Shown piece after piece: positions 10,108 to 19,742 of a DNA stretch of 64,000 bases. Both the position numbers and the translations under genes were made by a program. The notes under the pieces were generated by a model. The model was given only the letters and a program-made list of their open reading frames with translations, was not told where the DNA came from and ran no database searches. Positions within the stretch are counted from its first letter, which is position 1; each line of letters begins with the position of its first letter. This stretch comes from Alphaproteobacteria bacterium (lineage in GTDB: Bacteria > Pseudomonadota > Alphaproteobacteria > GCA-2731375), in contig CBDDBZ010000035.1 in the NCBI GenBank assembly GCA_965225945.1, forward strand, positions 192,001-256,000. Reading direction: 5' to 3'.

Positions 10108-11484
10108 TTGCGTCAGATCACCCTGGTCGCGTTCCTGCAAGCGCAGAATTGCACCACCCATCCCGCCTCGTGGCGCCATCCCGATTCCCGGGACGATTTC
10201 ACCTCGCCCGAATATTTCCGCCGTATCGCCCGCACCCTGGAGCAAGGCAAGTTCGACCTCGCCTTCTTCGACGATCGCCTGGCGATGCCCGATCTCTATT
10301 CCGGCGATCACGGCCATACCGTCGCCAACGGCATCCGCTGCGTGAAGATGGACCCGATCACGGTGCTGATGACCATGGCCATGGCGAGCGAACGGCTGGG
10401 CCTGGGGGCGACCTATTCGACCACCTATTACGAGCCGTTCCACGTCGCCCGGGTCTTCGCCACCCTGGACCTGATGACCGAGGGGCGGGCCGCCTGGAAC
10501 GTCGTTACCTCGTTGAACGACAACGAGGCGCGCAACATGGGCCGCGACGAGATCGGCGACCACGACGACCGCTACGACCGGGCCGACGAGTTCCTGGAGA
10601 TCGTGCTGGGCCACTGGGATAGCTGGGACGACGACGCGCTGGTCCTCGACAAGGTCTCGGGCCTCTTCGCCCATCCCGAGAAGGTGCGCCGGCTAGATTT
10701 CGAGGGCCGCTTCTTCAAGTCGCGCGGGCCCTTCACCGTGCCCCGCTCGGCCCAAGGCCACCCGGTGGTGATCCAAGCGGGCCAAAGTGGCCGGGGCCGC
10801 CGCTTCGCCGCCCAATGGGGGGAGTTGATCTTCGTCGCCTATCCGGAACTCGAGATCGGCCGCCGGGCTTACGGCGAGCTGAAGGAGAACGCGGCCCAGC
10901 TAGGGCGGGACCCGGATGCGATGAAGCTCGCCACGCTGATCTACCCGATCATCGGCGAAACGCGGATGGCAGCCGAGGACAAGGCGGCCCAACTCTCCGG
11001 CCTGGTCAAGGAGATCGACGCCCTCTCGCTGTTGTCGGAGGCGCTCAACTTCGACTTCGCCGCCAAGGCCATGGACGAGCCTTTCACGACCGAGGAGTTG
11101 GCCTCGATCTCCGGCCTGCAGGCGATCCGCGACCGGGTGCTGGAGGCGAGCGGCAAGCCCAACCCGACGGTGCGCGACTTCATCCACCATAGCGGCCGCG
11201 CGCAGCTCGGCGACGCCTGGGTCGGCGGGCCCGAGGAACTGGCCGACAGGTTCGAGGAATGGTTCACCGCGCCGGCCTGCGACGGCTTCGTCATCGGCGG
11301 CACGATAACCCCCGGCACCTTCGAGGACATGACCCGGCTGGTGATCCCCGAGCTGCGGCGCCGGGGCCTGTTCCGCGCGGACTATACGGGCACGACGCTG
11401 CGCGATCACCTCGGCCTCGCCCGGCCCGCGGTCGGCGCCTGGCGGGCCTCGCGAAACCAGTCGTCCTTGTCGAAGGCGACGTGA
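10108..11484 (+). CDS. LLM-class flavin-dependent monooxygenase (NtaA/SnaA/DszA group)
   Basis: TTG start after GGGAGA; YEPFHVAR, GRAAWNVVTS, HPVVIQAGQS, YTGTTLRDHLGL. Confidence 0.9.
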   Translation: MRQITLVAFLQAQNCTTHPASWRHPDSRDDFTSPEYFRRIARTLEQGKFDLAFFDDRLAMPDLYSGDHGHTVANGIRCVKMDPITVLMTMAMASERLGLGATYSTTYYEPFHVARVFATLDLMTEGRAAWNVVTSLNDNEARNMGRDEIGDHDDRYDRADEFLEIVLGHWDSWDDDALVLDKVSGLFAHPEKVRRLDFEGRFFKSRGPFTVPRSAQGHPVVIQAGQSGRGRRFAAQWGELIFVAYPELEIGRRAYGELKENAAQLGRDPDAMKLATLIYPIIGETRMAAEDKAAQLSGLVKEIDALSLLSEALNFDFAAKAMDEPFTTEELASISGLQAIRDRVLEASGKPNPTVRDFIHHSGRAQLGDAWVGGPEELADRFEEWFTAPACDGFVIGGTITPGTFEDMTRLVIPELRRRGLFRADYTGTTLRDHLGLARPAVGAWRASRNQSSLSKAT

Positions 11485-12323
11485 TCGCCGAAATAGTGGA
11501 TCGCGCGGTCGAGGCCGGCGATCCCTCGGCGGGTGTAGCTGGCGGTCGGCCCGTCCAGGTGGGTCACGTTTTCGAACCGCGCCAGCCAATCGGTGGGGGT
11601 CTGCAGCGTGCTCTGGCGTTGCACGACGTCCCAGATGTAGTAGTGGTGCGGGATCACCACCTTGGGCTTCAGGCGATCGAGGATGGCGTCGAGGGCGCCG
11701 AAGCCGATCACGTGGCGTGAGTTGTCGACCGGCAGCAGCGCGATATCGATCTCGCCCAGCGCCTCCCACACCGCCTCCGGCGGGTCCGCCCGATTGTCGC
11801 CCCAATGAACGATGCGAAGCCCACCCGTCTCGATCACGATCAGGCAGTGATCCCAGGAGCGCGGGTTGTTCGGCGGCGCGATGTCGGTGCCGTGGAAGTG
11901 CTCGTGGATCTTCCTGAAGTCGTAGAGCGCACAGCAGGAATCGATCGCGTGCTTGTCGGCGATGCCGTGGATGGTGACGTCGAGGAAGGAATAGCTGCCG
12001 ATCAGCCGATCCAACAAGACATGGGCGTCGAGGCGATGCAGCGCGTCGTGGTCGAAATGCGCGTGCGTCGAGACGCCGACGTCGACCTCGGTGGCGGGAA
12101 AGTCGTGGAAGTACCAGTCCCAGGTCCTGGACGGGTGGTTGCGCCAGGGGTCGACCATCACCGTCAGGCCCTTCGGACTGGTGATCCGGAACGCCGAGCT
12201 GGCGAAAAAGGCGAGCTCGACCGGCCCCTCGGCGCTCGGCGTGCGATCGCCCTGCAGCTCGATCATTCGATTGTGATTGCTGGACTGGCGCCAGGCATTG
12301 AGCCCGGTCTCGATGTCGGCCAT
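11406..12323 (-). CDS. MBL-fold metallo-hydrolase
   Basis: STHAHFDHDA metal motif, VHWGD, IPHHY; convergent 79-bp overlap with the monooxygenase. Confidence 0.85.
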   Translation of the reverse strand: MADIETGLNAWRQSSNHNRMIELQGDRTPSAEGPVELAFFASSAFRITSPKGLTVMVDPWRNHPSRTWDWYFHDFPATEVDVGVSTHAHFDHDALHRLDAHVLLDRLIGSYSFLDVTIHGIADKHAIDSCCALYDFRKIHEHFHGTDIAPPNNPRSWDHCLIVIETGGLRIVHWGDNRADPPEAVWEALGEIDIALLPVDNSRHVIGFGALDAILDRLKPKVVIPHHYYIWDVVQRQSTLQTPTDWLARFENVTHLDGPTASYTRRGIAGLDRAIHYFGDHVAFDKDDWFREARQAPTAGRARPR

Positions 12324-12421
12324 GCGTCCTCTCCTTCCCCGCCCCCGCCAGCGTCGCGCCGACGCAAATCTTACAGCAGCGCCTCGAAGCCGACCACAAT
12401 CCAGGCGAGCCGTGCGGGAAC

Positions 12422-12604
12422 CGAAAACGAACAACCCGACCGTCGCGAGGCGACGGCCGGGTCAGAGGCGCCGGCGGGAGGGGGTGGCCGGCGCTGGGTT
12501 CGTTTGGAGAGTTGTCACAAACTCGGGACGGAATATTACCTCGTGGCTGGTTTCACTGGCCGGCGTCACCGGGCTTCTTGGTTCTTGGGCTCGGCGCCGC
12601 CGAT
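12422..12604 (-). ncRNA. Candidate sRNA copy 1 (C-rich loop hairpin plus terminator hairpin); 5' end estimated
   Basis: Minus strand GCGCCGGC-CACCCCCTCCC-GCCGGCGC then GACCCGGCCGTCGC/GCGACGGTCGGGTT and U-rich tail; homologous to 12901-13063. Confidence 0.5.
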
Positions 12605-12638
12605 GACTTGAATTTGGCCTCGATCCGCCGGCTTGAAA

Positions 12639-12652
12639 GTGATGGCGATCAC
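12639..12652. promoter_or_regulatory. CRP/FNR-like palindrome GTGAT-N4-ATCAC upstream of sRNA copy 1
   Basis: GTGATGGCGATCAC; same context (TGAAAGTGAT...ATCAC...ATTATTCG) recurs at 13098-13111. Confidence 0.5.
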
Positions 12653-12722
12653 CTGGAGAGGTATTATTCGGCGGGCGGCGGATCGCTCGGCGAGAGCCTC
12701 GATTCGCGCTCGGCACGAATGT

Positions 12723-12896
12723 CAGGGCAATCGCGTGAAGTGATGGACACGGCCTTGATACCGCGTCAACCGCCGCGAATGGGCCATTGAGGCCCCGCGA
12801 GCTTATGCGAGCAGCGCCCGAGCGCCCGAATGAGCGCGCCCGGCGTCTGAGGGAACAAGAAGAATCCAGGGCAATCGCGTTCACGCGATTGCCCTG
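12723..12896. repeat. 174-bp palindromic element (MITE/REPIN-like), copy 1
   Basis: Terminal IR CAGGGCAATCGCGTGAA/TTCACGCGATTGCCCTG; near-identical copy at 55444-55617. Confidence 0.9.
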
Positions 12897-12900
12897 CCCG

Positions 12901-13063
12901 AACGTAGACCCGGCCGCCTAGGGGGGGCGGCCGGGTCAGAGGGCGCCGGCGGGAGGGGGGTACCGGCGCTGGGTTCGGTTCACTTATTCGCGGGAAACCA
13001 AATGACCTTGGACGGGTAACATTTTCGTTTTCCGCTCCTGGGCGAGTCCTTCGCGTCGCCCGT
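12901..13063 (-). ncRNA. Candidate sRNA copy 2; 5' end estimated
   Basis: Minus strand GCGCCGG...C-rich loop ending CCTCCC...CCGGCGC then GACCCGGCCGCC/GGCGGCCGGGTC hairpin; shares GAACCCAGCGCCGG...CTCTGACCCGGCCG with copy 1. Confidence 0.5.
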
Positions 13064-13097
13064 GGGTCATAGATGGGGGTGGGATAGGGGAGTGAAA

Positions 13098-13111
13098 GTG
13101 ATCGATATCAC
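13098..13111. promoter_or_regulatory. CRP/FNR-like palindrome upstream of sRNA copy 2
   Basis: GTGATCGATATCAC. Confidence 0.5.
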
Positions 13112-13121
13112 CCCTGGCGAA

Positions 13122-14714
13122 TTATTCGTCGCGGACCCTTCTCGCCGCCGTGGCGGCGCTGGCCTTGGCCCAGGGGGAGGCGACGAAGGCGGCGGCGGTG
13201 CGCCGGCCCTCGGCGCTCTCGGCGACGGCGTTGGGACAGGCGAAGAGGGCCGGGTAGACCCCGTGCTCGGCCTCCGAGGTCGGCGCCACGGCCGCGAGGG
13301 CCGCCACCACCTGGGGGGGTAATTTTCGATTCCAGGTGATCTCGTCGGCGCCGGAGACGTCGATCCGGGGTTGGTGAAACGCCGCGTCCAGGTCCATCCC
13401 GTGGTCCAGGACGAAGGCCAGGATCTGCAGCACCGCCGGCAGGATCCGCCTACCGCCCGAGCCGCCCAGCGCGATGCGCATGCCGTCCGCGCGGCGCGCC
13501 ATCGTCGGGCACATGTTGGTGAGCGGCGGTTTGCCGGCGGCGATCGAATTCGGCTGGCCGGGGCGCGGATCGAACCACATGATGGCGTTGTTCATCAATA
13601 TCCCGGTCTCCGGCTCCATCACCTTGGAGCCGAAGAGCGAGAGCAGCGTCTGCGTCAGCGCCACCATGTTGCCCTCGGCATCGATCACGCTCAGATGGGT
13701 GGTCGAGGACGGCTCGCTGCTCTCGTCGGCCCAGCCCAGCGTCTCGAAGCGCTGGCGGTAGGCGCTCAGCAGTCCCGAGGCATAGGCGGCGAAATCTCGC
13801 GGCCCCGGGCCGTCGCCCTTCCTCGTCGCGGCCGCCACCAGCTCGAGCGCGTGGCAGAGCGTCGGCCCGGCGCTGAGCCCGGGCGCGGCATAGACGGCCG
13901 CGTCGCGATAATCGAAGGGCTCGACCTCCAGCACCTCGGCCCGGTAATCGGCCAAATCCTCGGCCCCCATGGTGTTGCCGCCGGCCTGGAGGCCAGCGAT
14001 CAACGCGGCCGCGATCTCGCCCTCGTAGAAGTCGCGCGGGCCGACCTCGGCCAGGCGCCCGAGCGTCGCGGCCAGCTTGCCGAGGCGGATCGACGGCGGC
14101 GCGCCGCCCCATTCGCCGACCGGCGGAAAGCCCGAGGGCAGGTAGACCCGGCGGCTCTCGTCGTGGCGGTTCAACAGCTCGGCGCCGGTCGCGATCTTCA
14201 GGGTCGCGTACCAGTCGACCGCTAGCCCCGCCTCGGCGAGGAGAATTGCGGGCTCGAGGGATTCGGCCCAGCTCCGCGTGCCGAAGCTCTCCAAGGCCAA
14301 GGCCAGGCCGGCGACATAGCCCGGCACGGCGATCGAGTGATAGCCCTGGATGTTGCGATCCTCGACCACCGCCGGCCAGCCGAAGAGCTCGCCCGCCGTC
14401 CCGCCGGTGAGCGGATAGCTCGCCGGATCGAGCCCCCGGGGCGCCACCATGGGGAAGGCGACGGCCCGCGTCTTGCCCGTAGCCGCCTCGAACACCAGCA
14501 TGAAGCCGCCGCCACCGAGGCCGCTCATCCACGGCTCCACCGTGGAGATGGCGAGGCCCGCCGCGACCGCCGCATCGACCGCGTTGCCGCCCTCGGCCAG
14601 GACCCGGGCGCCGATGTCGGAGGCGATGTGGTGCTGGCTCGCCACCAGACCATCGGCGCATTCCACGGCGGGCTTGGTGACGTTCCAGGTCTCGATCGGA
14701 TAGACGTTGGGCAT
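13122..14714 (-). CDS. ggt: Gamma-glutamyltransferase family protein
   Basis: GGNAVDAAVA, SGLGGGGF, STTHLSVIDAEGNMVALTQT nucleophile region, GGSGGRRI. Confidence 0.9.
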   Translation of the reverse strand: MPNVYPIETWNVTKPAVECADGLVASQHHIASDIGARVLAEGGNAVDAAVAAGLAISTVEPWMSGLGGGGFMLVFEAATGKTRAVAFPMVAPRGLDPASYPLTGGTAGELFGWPAVVEDRNIQGYHSIAVPGYVAGLALALESFGTRSWAESLEPAILLAEAGLAVDWYATLKIATGAELLNRHDESRRVYLPSGFPPVGEWGGAPPSIRLGKLAATLGRLAEVGPRDFYEGEIAAALIAGLQAGGNTMGAEDLADYRAEVLEVEPFDYRDAAVYAAPGLSAGPTLCHALELVAAATRKGDGPGPRDFAAYASGLLSAYRQRFETLGWADESSEPSSTTHLSVIDAEGNMVALTQTLLSLFGSKVMEPETGILMNNAIMWFDPRPGQPNSIAAGKPPLTNMCPTMARRADGMRIALGGSGGRRILPAVLQILAFVLDHGMDLDAAFHQPRIDVSGADEITWNRKLPPQVVAALAAVAPTSEAEHGVYPALFACPNAVAESAEGRRTAAAFVASPWAKASAATAARRVRDE

Positions 14715-14745
14715 GGCTCGATTTCCCGGTTTGGCCGCGGAGGGC

Positions 14746-15912
14746 TCAGCCGAAGAGGCGGTGGCTGGCGATCCGCGCGCCCTCGCAAAGCGCTTCGAGC
14801 TTGGCCCAGACCACGTCCTCGGCGGTGAAGGTATCGCCGGCCAAGGTGGCGAAGCCACAGTCGGTGCCGGCGACGAGGCGGGCGGGATCGCCGAGGGCCC
14901 TGGCGGCCCGCTCGATCCGCTCCGCCACCACCATGGGATGTTCGACATAGTTGTTGGTGGTCTCGATCACGCCCGAGATCAGCAGCATCTCGTCGGGCAG
15001 CGGCTGCTCGCGCAGCACCTCGATCTCGTGGGCGTGGCGGGGGTTGGCGAAGGGTAGCGAGATCGCGCCCACCTCGGCCTGGTACATGATGTCGATGACG
15101 TCGCCCACGGCGACGTCGTGGAGGTGCGGGCCGTCGCGATTGCCCCAACAGGCATGGAGGCGCACCCGGTCGGCCGGAATGCCCTCCAATGCCTCGTTCA
15201 AGGCATCGATATGCATCTCGATCTGGGCCCGGAAGGCAGCGAGCGTCTCGGCCTGGAAATAGCCCGCCCGCTCCATCGCGAGGTCGGGGGAATCGATCTG
15301 CAGGACGAAGCCCTGCTCGACGATATGGCGGTATTCTCGGCCAAGGCCCCGCGCCAGCGCCCGGACGTAGGCTTCGTGGCTATCGTAGTGGCGGTTCATC
15401 ATCGCCGTCGCCGCGAAGCCGGGCGAGACCGAGGTCATGAAGGTCTCGACGAAGTCGTCGTCGCGCCCCGCGAGGCCGGCCTTGAAGTCGTCGCATTCCC
15501 TGGTGACGCCCGAGAGGTCGTCATAGCTCACTTCGCCGATCGCTTGGGGAAAGGCGTAGGGGTTGAGCCGGCGCCGGCCGCTCCGGCCCAGGTTCTCGAA
15601 CCAGATCGGGAACGATTGGGCATCGAGCGGCAGGGGCCGTGCCTGCTCGCCTCCGGGCCCGAAACCCCGCATTCTGGAGGCGATGTAGGAGACGAAGCTC
15701 GCCCGCTCCATCTCGCCGTCGTTGGCGATGTCGATGCCGCACTCGCCCTGGCGGGCGATCACCCGCTCGATCGCCGCGCGCACCGCCGCCTCGAAGGTGG
15801 CCGCGTCGAGTGCGCCGCCCTCCTCGCGGGCGACGATCAGGTCCGCGAGCCCCTCGCCCCGGGGCAGGCTGCCGACATGGGTGGTGAGGATCCGCTGCTC
15901 GCTCCGGCGCAT
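14746..15912 (-). CDS. Cobalamin-independent methionine synthase II family (single-barrel MetE-like, Zn-dependent)
   Basis: TTHVGSLPR, DGEM, QIDSPDL, HACWGN and TDCGF Zn ligands. Confidence 0.85.
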   Translation of the reverse strand: MRRSEQRILTTHVGSLPRGEGLADLIVAREEGGALDAATFEAAVRAAIERVIARQGECGIDIANDGEMERASFVSYIASRMRGFGPGGEQARPLPLDAQSFPIWFENLGRSGRRRLNPYAFPQAIGEVSYDDLSGVTRECDDFKAGLAGRDDDFVETFMTSVSPGFAATAMMNRHYDSHEAYVRALARGLGREYRHIVEQGFVLQIDSPDLAMERAGYFQAETLAAFRAQIEMHIDALNEALEGIPADRVRLHACWGNRDGPHLHDVAVGDVIDIMYQAEVGAISLPFANPRHAHEIEVLREQPLPDEMLLISGVIETTNNYVEHPMVVAERIERAARALGDPARLVAGTDCGFATLAGDTFTAEDVVWAKLEALCEGARIASHRLFG

Positions 15913-15915
15913 CGC

Positions 15916-17049
15916 TTAGCCGTGCGGGACCAGGATCTGGCGCACGGTGGCGCCGTCGTCCAGCAGATCGAAGCCGGCGTTCACGTCCTCGAAGCCCACC
16001 TTGCGGTCGATCAAGCGATCCACCGGCAGCCGGCCTTGGAGGTAGAGATCGATATAGCGGGGAATATCGCGCACCGGCACGCAGCTTCCCATGTAGCTGC
16101 CCTGGATGGCCTTCTCGTCGCTGACGATCTCGCTCGGCAAAAAGGCGAAGCTGGCGGTCTTGGGCGCCAGGCCCGCGACCACCACCGTGCCGCCGCGACG
16201 GAGCGACTTGTACGCCGTCTCCAGGGCCGGCACCGCGCCCGCGAGCTCGAAGGCATAATCGACGCCGCCGCCCGACAATTCGAGGATCTGCTCGACGTGG
16301 TCCACTTCCCGCGCGTCGACCGTCGCGTGCGCGCCGAGCTGGCGGGCGAGGCCGAGTTTGGCCGGATTGAGGTCGACCGCGATCACCTGCTCGGCGCCGC
16401 CGACCAAGGCCCCCATCAGGCCGCTCAAGCCGACGCCGCCCAGGCCCACCACGCAGACCTTGTCGCCGGGCCTGATCCGGGCCGTGTTCAGCACCGCGCC
16501 GACCCCGGTCATCACCGCGCAGCCGAACAGGCAGGCGTCGTCCATCGCGATGTCGGCCTCGACGCGGACCGCAGAGCCGCGATCGATCACCGCGTATTCG
16601 GCGAAGCAGGAGAGGCCGGAATGGTGGTTTGAGGGCTTGCCGTCGGCGTCCTTCAGACGTTTCCCGCCGCCCATCAGCTCGCCCTTGGCGCGGGCCGCCG
16701 CGTGGCCCTCGCAGACCTGTGGCCGGCCCTCGAGGCAAGCCCGGCAGCGCCCGCAGGCGGCGCCGAACTGGAACACTATCTTGTCGCCCGGTCCCATGTC
16801 GCGGATGGCGGGGCCGATCTCGACCACCTCGCCGGCGCCCTCGTGGCCCAGCACCAGCGGCATCGGCTGCGGCCGGGCGCCGTTCATCACGCTCAGATCG
16901 GAATGGCAGAGCCCGCCGCCCGCGATCCTGACCAGCAGCTCGCCGGGGCCCGGCGGGTCCAGCTCGACCTCCTCGATGCTGATCGGCCGGCTCTCCGCGA
17001 AGGGCCGCGGGGCATCGGTCCGGCGCAGCACGGCGGCGGTCATCTTCAT
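15916..17049 (-). CDS. Zinc-dependent alcohol dehydrogenase (MDR family)
   Basis: CHSD, GHEGAG, CGRCRAC...C structural Zn, GLGGVG. Confidence 0.9.
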   Translation of the reverse strand: MKMTAAVLRRTDAPRPFAESRPISIEEVELDPPGPGELLVRIAGGGLCHSDLSVMNGARPQPMPLVLGHEGAGEVVEIGPAIRDMGPGDKIVFQFGAACGRCRACLEGRPQVCEGHAAARAKGELMGGGKRLKDADGKPSNHHSGLSCFAEYAVIDRGSAVRVEADIAMDDACLFGCAVMTGVGAVLNTARIRPGDKVCVVGLGGVGLSGLMGALVGGAEQVIAVDLNPAKLGLARQLGAHATVDAREVDHVEQILELSGGGVDYAFELAGAVPALETAYKSLRRGGTVVVAGLAPKTASFAFLPSEIVSDEKAIQGSYMGSCVPVRDIPRYIDLYLQGRLPVDRLIDRKVGFEDVNAGFDLLDDGATVRQILVPHG

Positions 17050-17112
17050 GGCGTCTGTTCCTCGGTTCGCGATGATCTCGGCGGCCATTGAGCGCCACCG
17101 GCGCCCACCCGG

Positions 17113-17996
17113 TCAAGCGCGCGCGAGTTCTACGAATCGCGGCGATGAATCGATCGATCTCGGCTTCGCTGTTGTAATACCGGTGAGCCTATGAACTGAC
17201 CTGTCCGCCACAACGGATGTCATCGCGAGCGAAGCGTGGCGATCCAGAGCCACGCGAAAGATGTCGACGTATCCGGGCGGCTTCGAAGCCGCCTGGATCG
17301 CCACGGCGCAGCACCTCGCGATTGACGGCGGTGCGAGCTGCCGGCGAGGAGTCGAATCATCGGATCGACAGGTTAATGGCACCAGCCCTTCCCGCCTTCG
17401 ATGGTGAGCGAGGTGCCGGGGGCTGTAAAGGCTGAGCCTTCGGCTCCCCGCTACGCGGCTTCGACCTTGACAGCCCCCGTCCCCTCACTCCCACGCTCCG
17501 CCATGAGAAGTATGGGGGAGAGGAGGCCATCGTGTTCCCTCGACCTCGATCCCGCCGGATAACCGCTATCGCATATCCTTTCCTTACCCCCGCTCCACGC
17601 CATTGTCGGCATGGCGGAGCAAGAAAGGTGAGCGACGCCGCCAGTCAAGGCCGGAGCCGCGTAGCGGTGGCCCGTAGGGCCAGCCTTTACTTGTGGTGGC
17701 GCTCACCGGATCATCGAGCCTGCCATCGAGGGCGGAAATACGACCAACGTCGCGAACCGAAAAACCCCCGGACACGCGAGCCTTCTTCCCCTCCGAATGG
17801 TGCCACGACCCGCGCATCGCGGGACCGGTTTAGCCTCTCGCGGCCGCGCCAAAACGTCAAAGTGCCGGGCGCGCGGCCTTGGCTCGCCACGCCTCGCCCG
17901 GCCCGACGACTCATGCGGCCGTTGGCTCCGTTCATAGGCTCGCCGGTATAATAGTGGACGCCCAGCCGGTTGATCGGCTCCAGGCCGCGCCGTTCC
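17113..17996 (-). pseudogene. Displaced 3' fragment of class-V aminotransferase, interrupted by a MITE and a 1-bp insertion
   Basis: Encodes ERRGLEPINRLGVHYY / YNSEAEIDRFIAAIR, versus ERRGLELINRLGVHYYNSEAEIDRFIAAIRELARA at the end of 31839-33032. Confidence 0.8.
17178..17948. mobile_element. 771-bp non-autonomous element with 19-bp TIRs and TAA target duplication
   Basis: TACCGGTGAGCCTATGAAC (17178-17196) vs GTTCATAGGCTCGCCGGTA (17930-17948), 18/19; TAA at 17175-17177 and 17949-17951; no transposase ORF. Confidence 0.8.
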
Positions 17997-18073
17997 TTGC
18001 TGTGATTGTCGTCGACGATGACCGCCAGCGACCGCTTCATCTCCGCAGCCGTCAGCACCTTGGCCTGCTACAT
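17997..18073 (-). pseudogene. N-terminal relic of a small tyrosine recombinase/integrase
   Basis: ATG TAG CAG GCC AAG GTG CTG...: M*QAKVLTAAEMKRSLAVIVDDNHSK, resembling the MKQAKVL...KRVLAVI N-terminus of short alphaproteobacterial site-specific integrases (recognised from memory). Confidence 0.5.
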
Positions 18074-18203
18074 CTCGAAATCTCATCCAATCTCGCCAAC
18101 CATCGGAAACCGTTATATTTTCGTAACTACCCAGGTCTGATTGGCCCGAGCGTTTGTATGTGAGGGATCGTGGGGGTCCGGGCTGGTAGCGGTGCCGGTG
18201 TTC

Positions 18204-19742
18204 TCAGAGGCGCAGTTGGGGGATTAGTTGCATCGGATCGGGATGCACCAGGGTCTGGAGGACGTTCCAGCCTTGCTTTCGGGCGGTGGCGATGACGGCA
18301 CGCATTCTGGCGAAGTTGTAGGCACCCCTCTCGGAGCGGAAGCCACCGGAGATCTTCTGGCGCAGCTTGGCCATTCGGAGGTCACGTTCGGCCTCATTGT
18401 TCGTAAACGGCGTGCGCGGGTCGGTGAGGAATCGCAGGCATCCCTCCTTGTGCTTGCGGAGGCGGAGCGCGAGGTTATGACCGATGCGGCGTTTCTTTCG
18501 TCCGCGCTTGCCGGTCCGGAGCGGCGGCTGCGCCTCGTGGAAGGCGATGGCGTGGTCGAGGATGCGGGCCCAGGCCCGCGAGATCCGGGCCACCAGGGAG
18601 GCGGGCACGTCGCGGCCGTTCTCACGGGAGAAGCGGGTAGCCCTGTGTGCGCGCTCAAGGAGGCGGTGCATGCTCTTTGCCCAGTCTTCCTTCTCGATGT
18701 CGATCAGGGCCTGGAGTTCGCGCAGGTGATGGGCGTTGCAGGCGCCGTGGCGCACGCCCTTGAGGGTGAAGTAGGCGGCGTAATCGTCATGGATGAGGAT
18801 GCCTTCGAGGTCCTTTTCGACATCGCCGCGTCCCGCGCCGATGCGCAGGACGGTCAGGAATGGGGTGCACAGCACGTGGAGCCAGCGGGTACGGGCGGCG
18901 ATCCGCAGGCCGGTTTCGTCGAGGTGCTTGACCGGGACCGCTGTGCGGATCACGTCTGCGACATGGGCGAGGAAGGGCTCGAAGCGCCTGGCGATTCGCC
19001 GGCCCATGGCGGTGATCGTGGCTGTGGAGATGGACACTGCGAAGAGGTCGCTCATGAGTTCGGCCAAGCGCTTCTCGGGAACGAACTGGGCGTACAGCAG
19101 GTAGCTCACCCAGGCGGTGATGCGTGGCCCGTACTGGACCGGGGCGGTCACGCCGTCCGGGAAGACGGCTCCTGTCACGGTGGCGCAGGCGCCGCAGAGG
19201 CAGCGATGGGCGCGGTGTTCGGTGACCTCCAGGGGGCGTGGCTCGGGCACATCGAAGACCTGTCGACAGACGGGCGCGCGGTGACGGTCGGCGTCCGACA
19301 GCGGTGCGCCGCAGCCCGAACAGGCGGAGGGGTCATGATCCACAACATGGTCCGGGCTCTCGGTCCGCGCCAGCGTCGTTCCCTTGTGGCCCGGCTGGCC
19401 GCCGCTTGGCCTGCCGGACTTGCCGCGCTGGCTTCGGGTGCGCCTCTGGGTTCCGCTCTTCTTGCGCAGGCCGTCGCTGGCGGGCGGCTTGCTGCTGGTG
19501 GTGCTGTCAAGCGCCGCGCTCCGCTCGAGCTCGGCGATGCGGTCCCGCAGGGTCGCGTTCTCCCGCTCGAGCGCGGCATTCTCCCGGACGAGCGCCGTGG
19601 CCAGGCGCAACAGCCCCTGGCCCCATTCCCGGAAGGCCTTGACGACTGTGATTGCGAAGGATGAGGGGTCAAGAAGATCTTGCAGGCACGCGAAGGCCTC
19701 GTCATGGGCGGCGAGGTCCTCGTGCCAGCGCGACAGCGTCAC
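18204..19742 (-). CDS. IS66 family transposase (TnpC-like)
   Basis: Coiled coil, SSKPPASDG, GGQPGHKG, CxxC Zn finger, HLDETG, CNAHHLREL, TNNEAERDLRMAKLRQKISGGFRS. Confidence 0.95.
   Translation of the reverse strand: MTLSRWHEDLAAHDEAFACLQDLLDPSSFAITVVKAFREWGQGLLRLATALVRENAALERENATLRDRIAELERSAALDSTTSSKPPASDGLRKKSGTQRRTRSQRGKSGRPSGGQPGHKGTTLARTESPDHVVDHDPSACSGCGAPLSDADRHRAPVCRQVFDVPEPRPLEVTEHRAHRCLCGACATVTGAVFPDGVTAPVQYGPRITAWVSYLLYAQFVPEKRLAELMSDLFAVSISTATITAMGRRIARRFEPFLAHVADVIRTAVPVKHLDETGLRIAARTRWLHVLCTPFLTVLRIGAGRGDVEKDLEGILIHDDYAAYFTLKGVRHGACNAHHLRELQALIDIEKEDWAKSMHRLLERAHRATRFSRENGRDVPASLVARISRAWARILDHAIAFHEAQPPLRTGKRGRKKRRIGHNLALRLRKHKEGCLRFLTDPRTPFTNNEAERDLRMAKLRQKISGGFRSERGAYNFARMRAVIATARKQGWNVLQTLVHPDPMQLIPQLRL

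Noticed and set aside
11406-11484. Functional significance of the 79-bp convergent overlap
   Set aside because: Both overlapping tails lie beyond conserved domains; common stop-codon drift in GC-rich genomes
12422-13063. CRISPR array or tRNA in the repeated hairpin region
   Set aside because: Only two diverged units, no regular repeat-spacer period, no cloverleaf or T-loop motif, no cas genes
18068-18070. Amber readthrough or pyrrolysine at codon 2 of the integrase relic
   Set aside because: The gene is truncated after ~26 codons; AAG to TAG decay is more parsimonious
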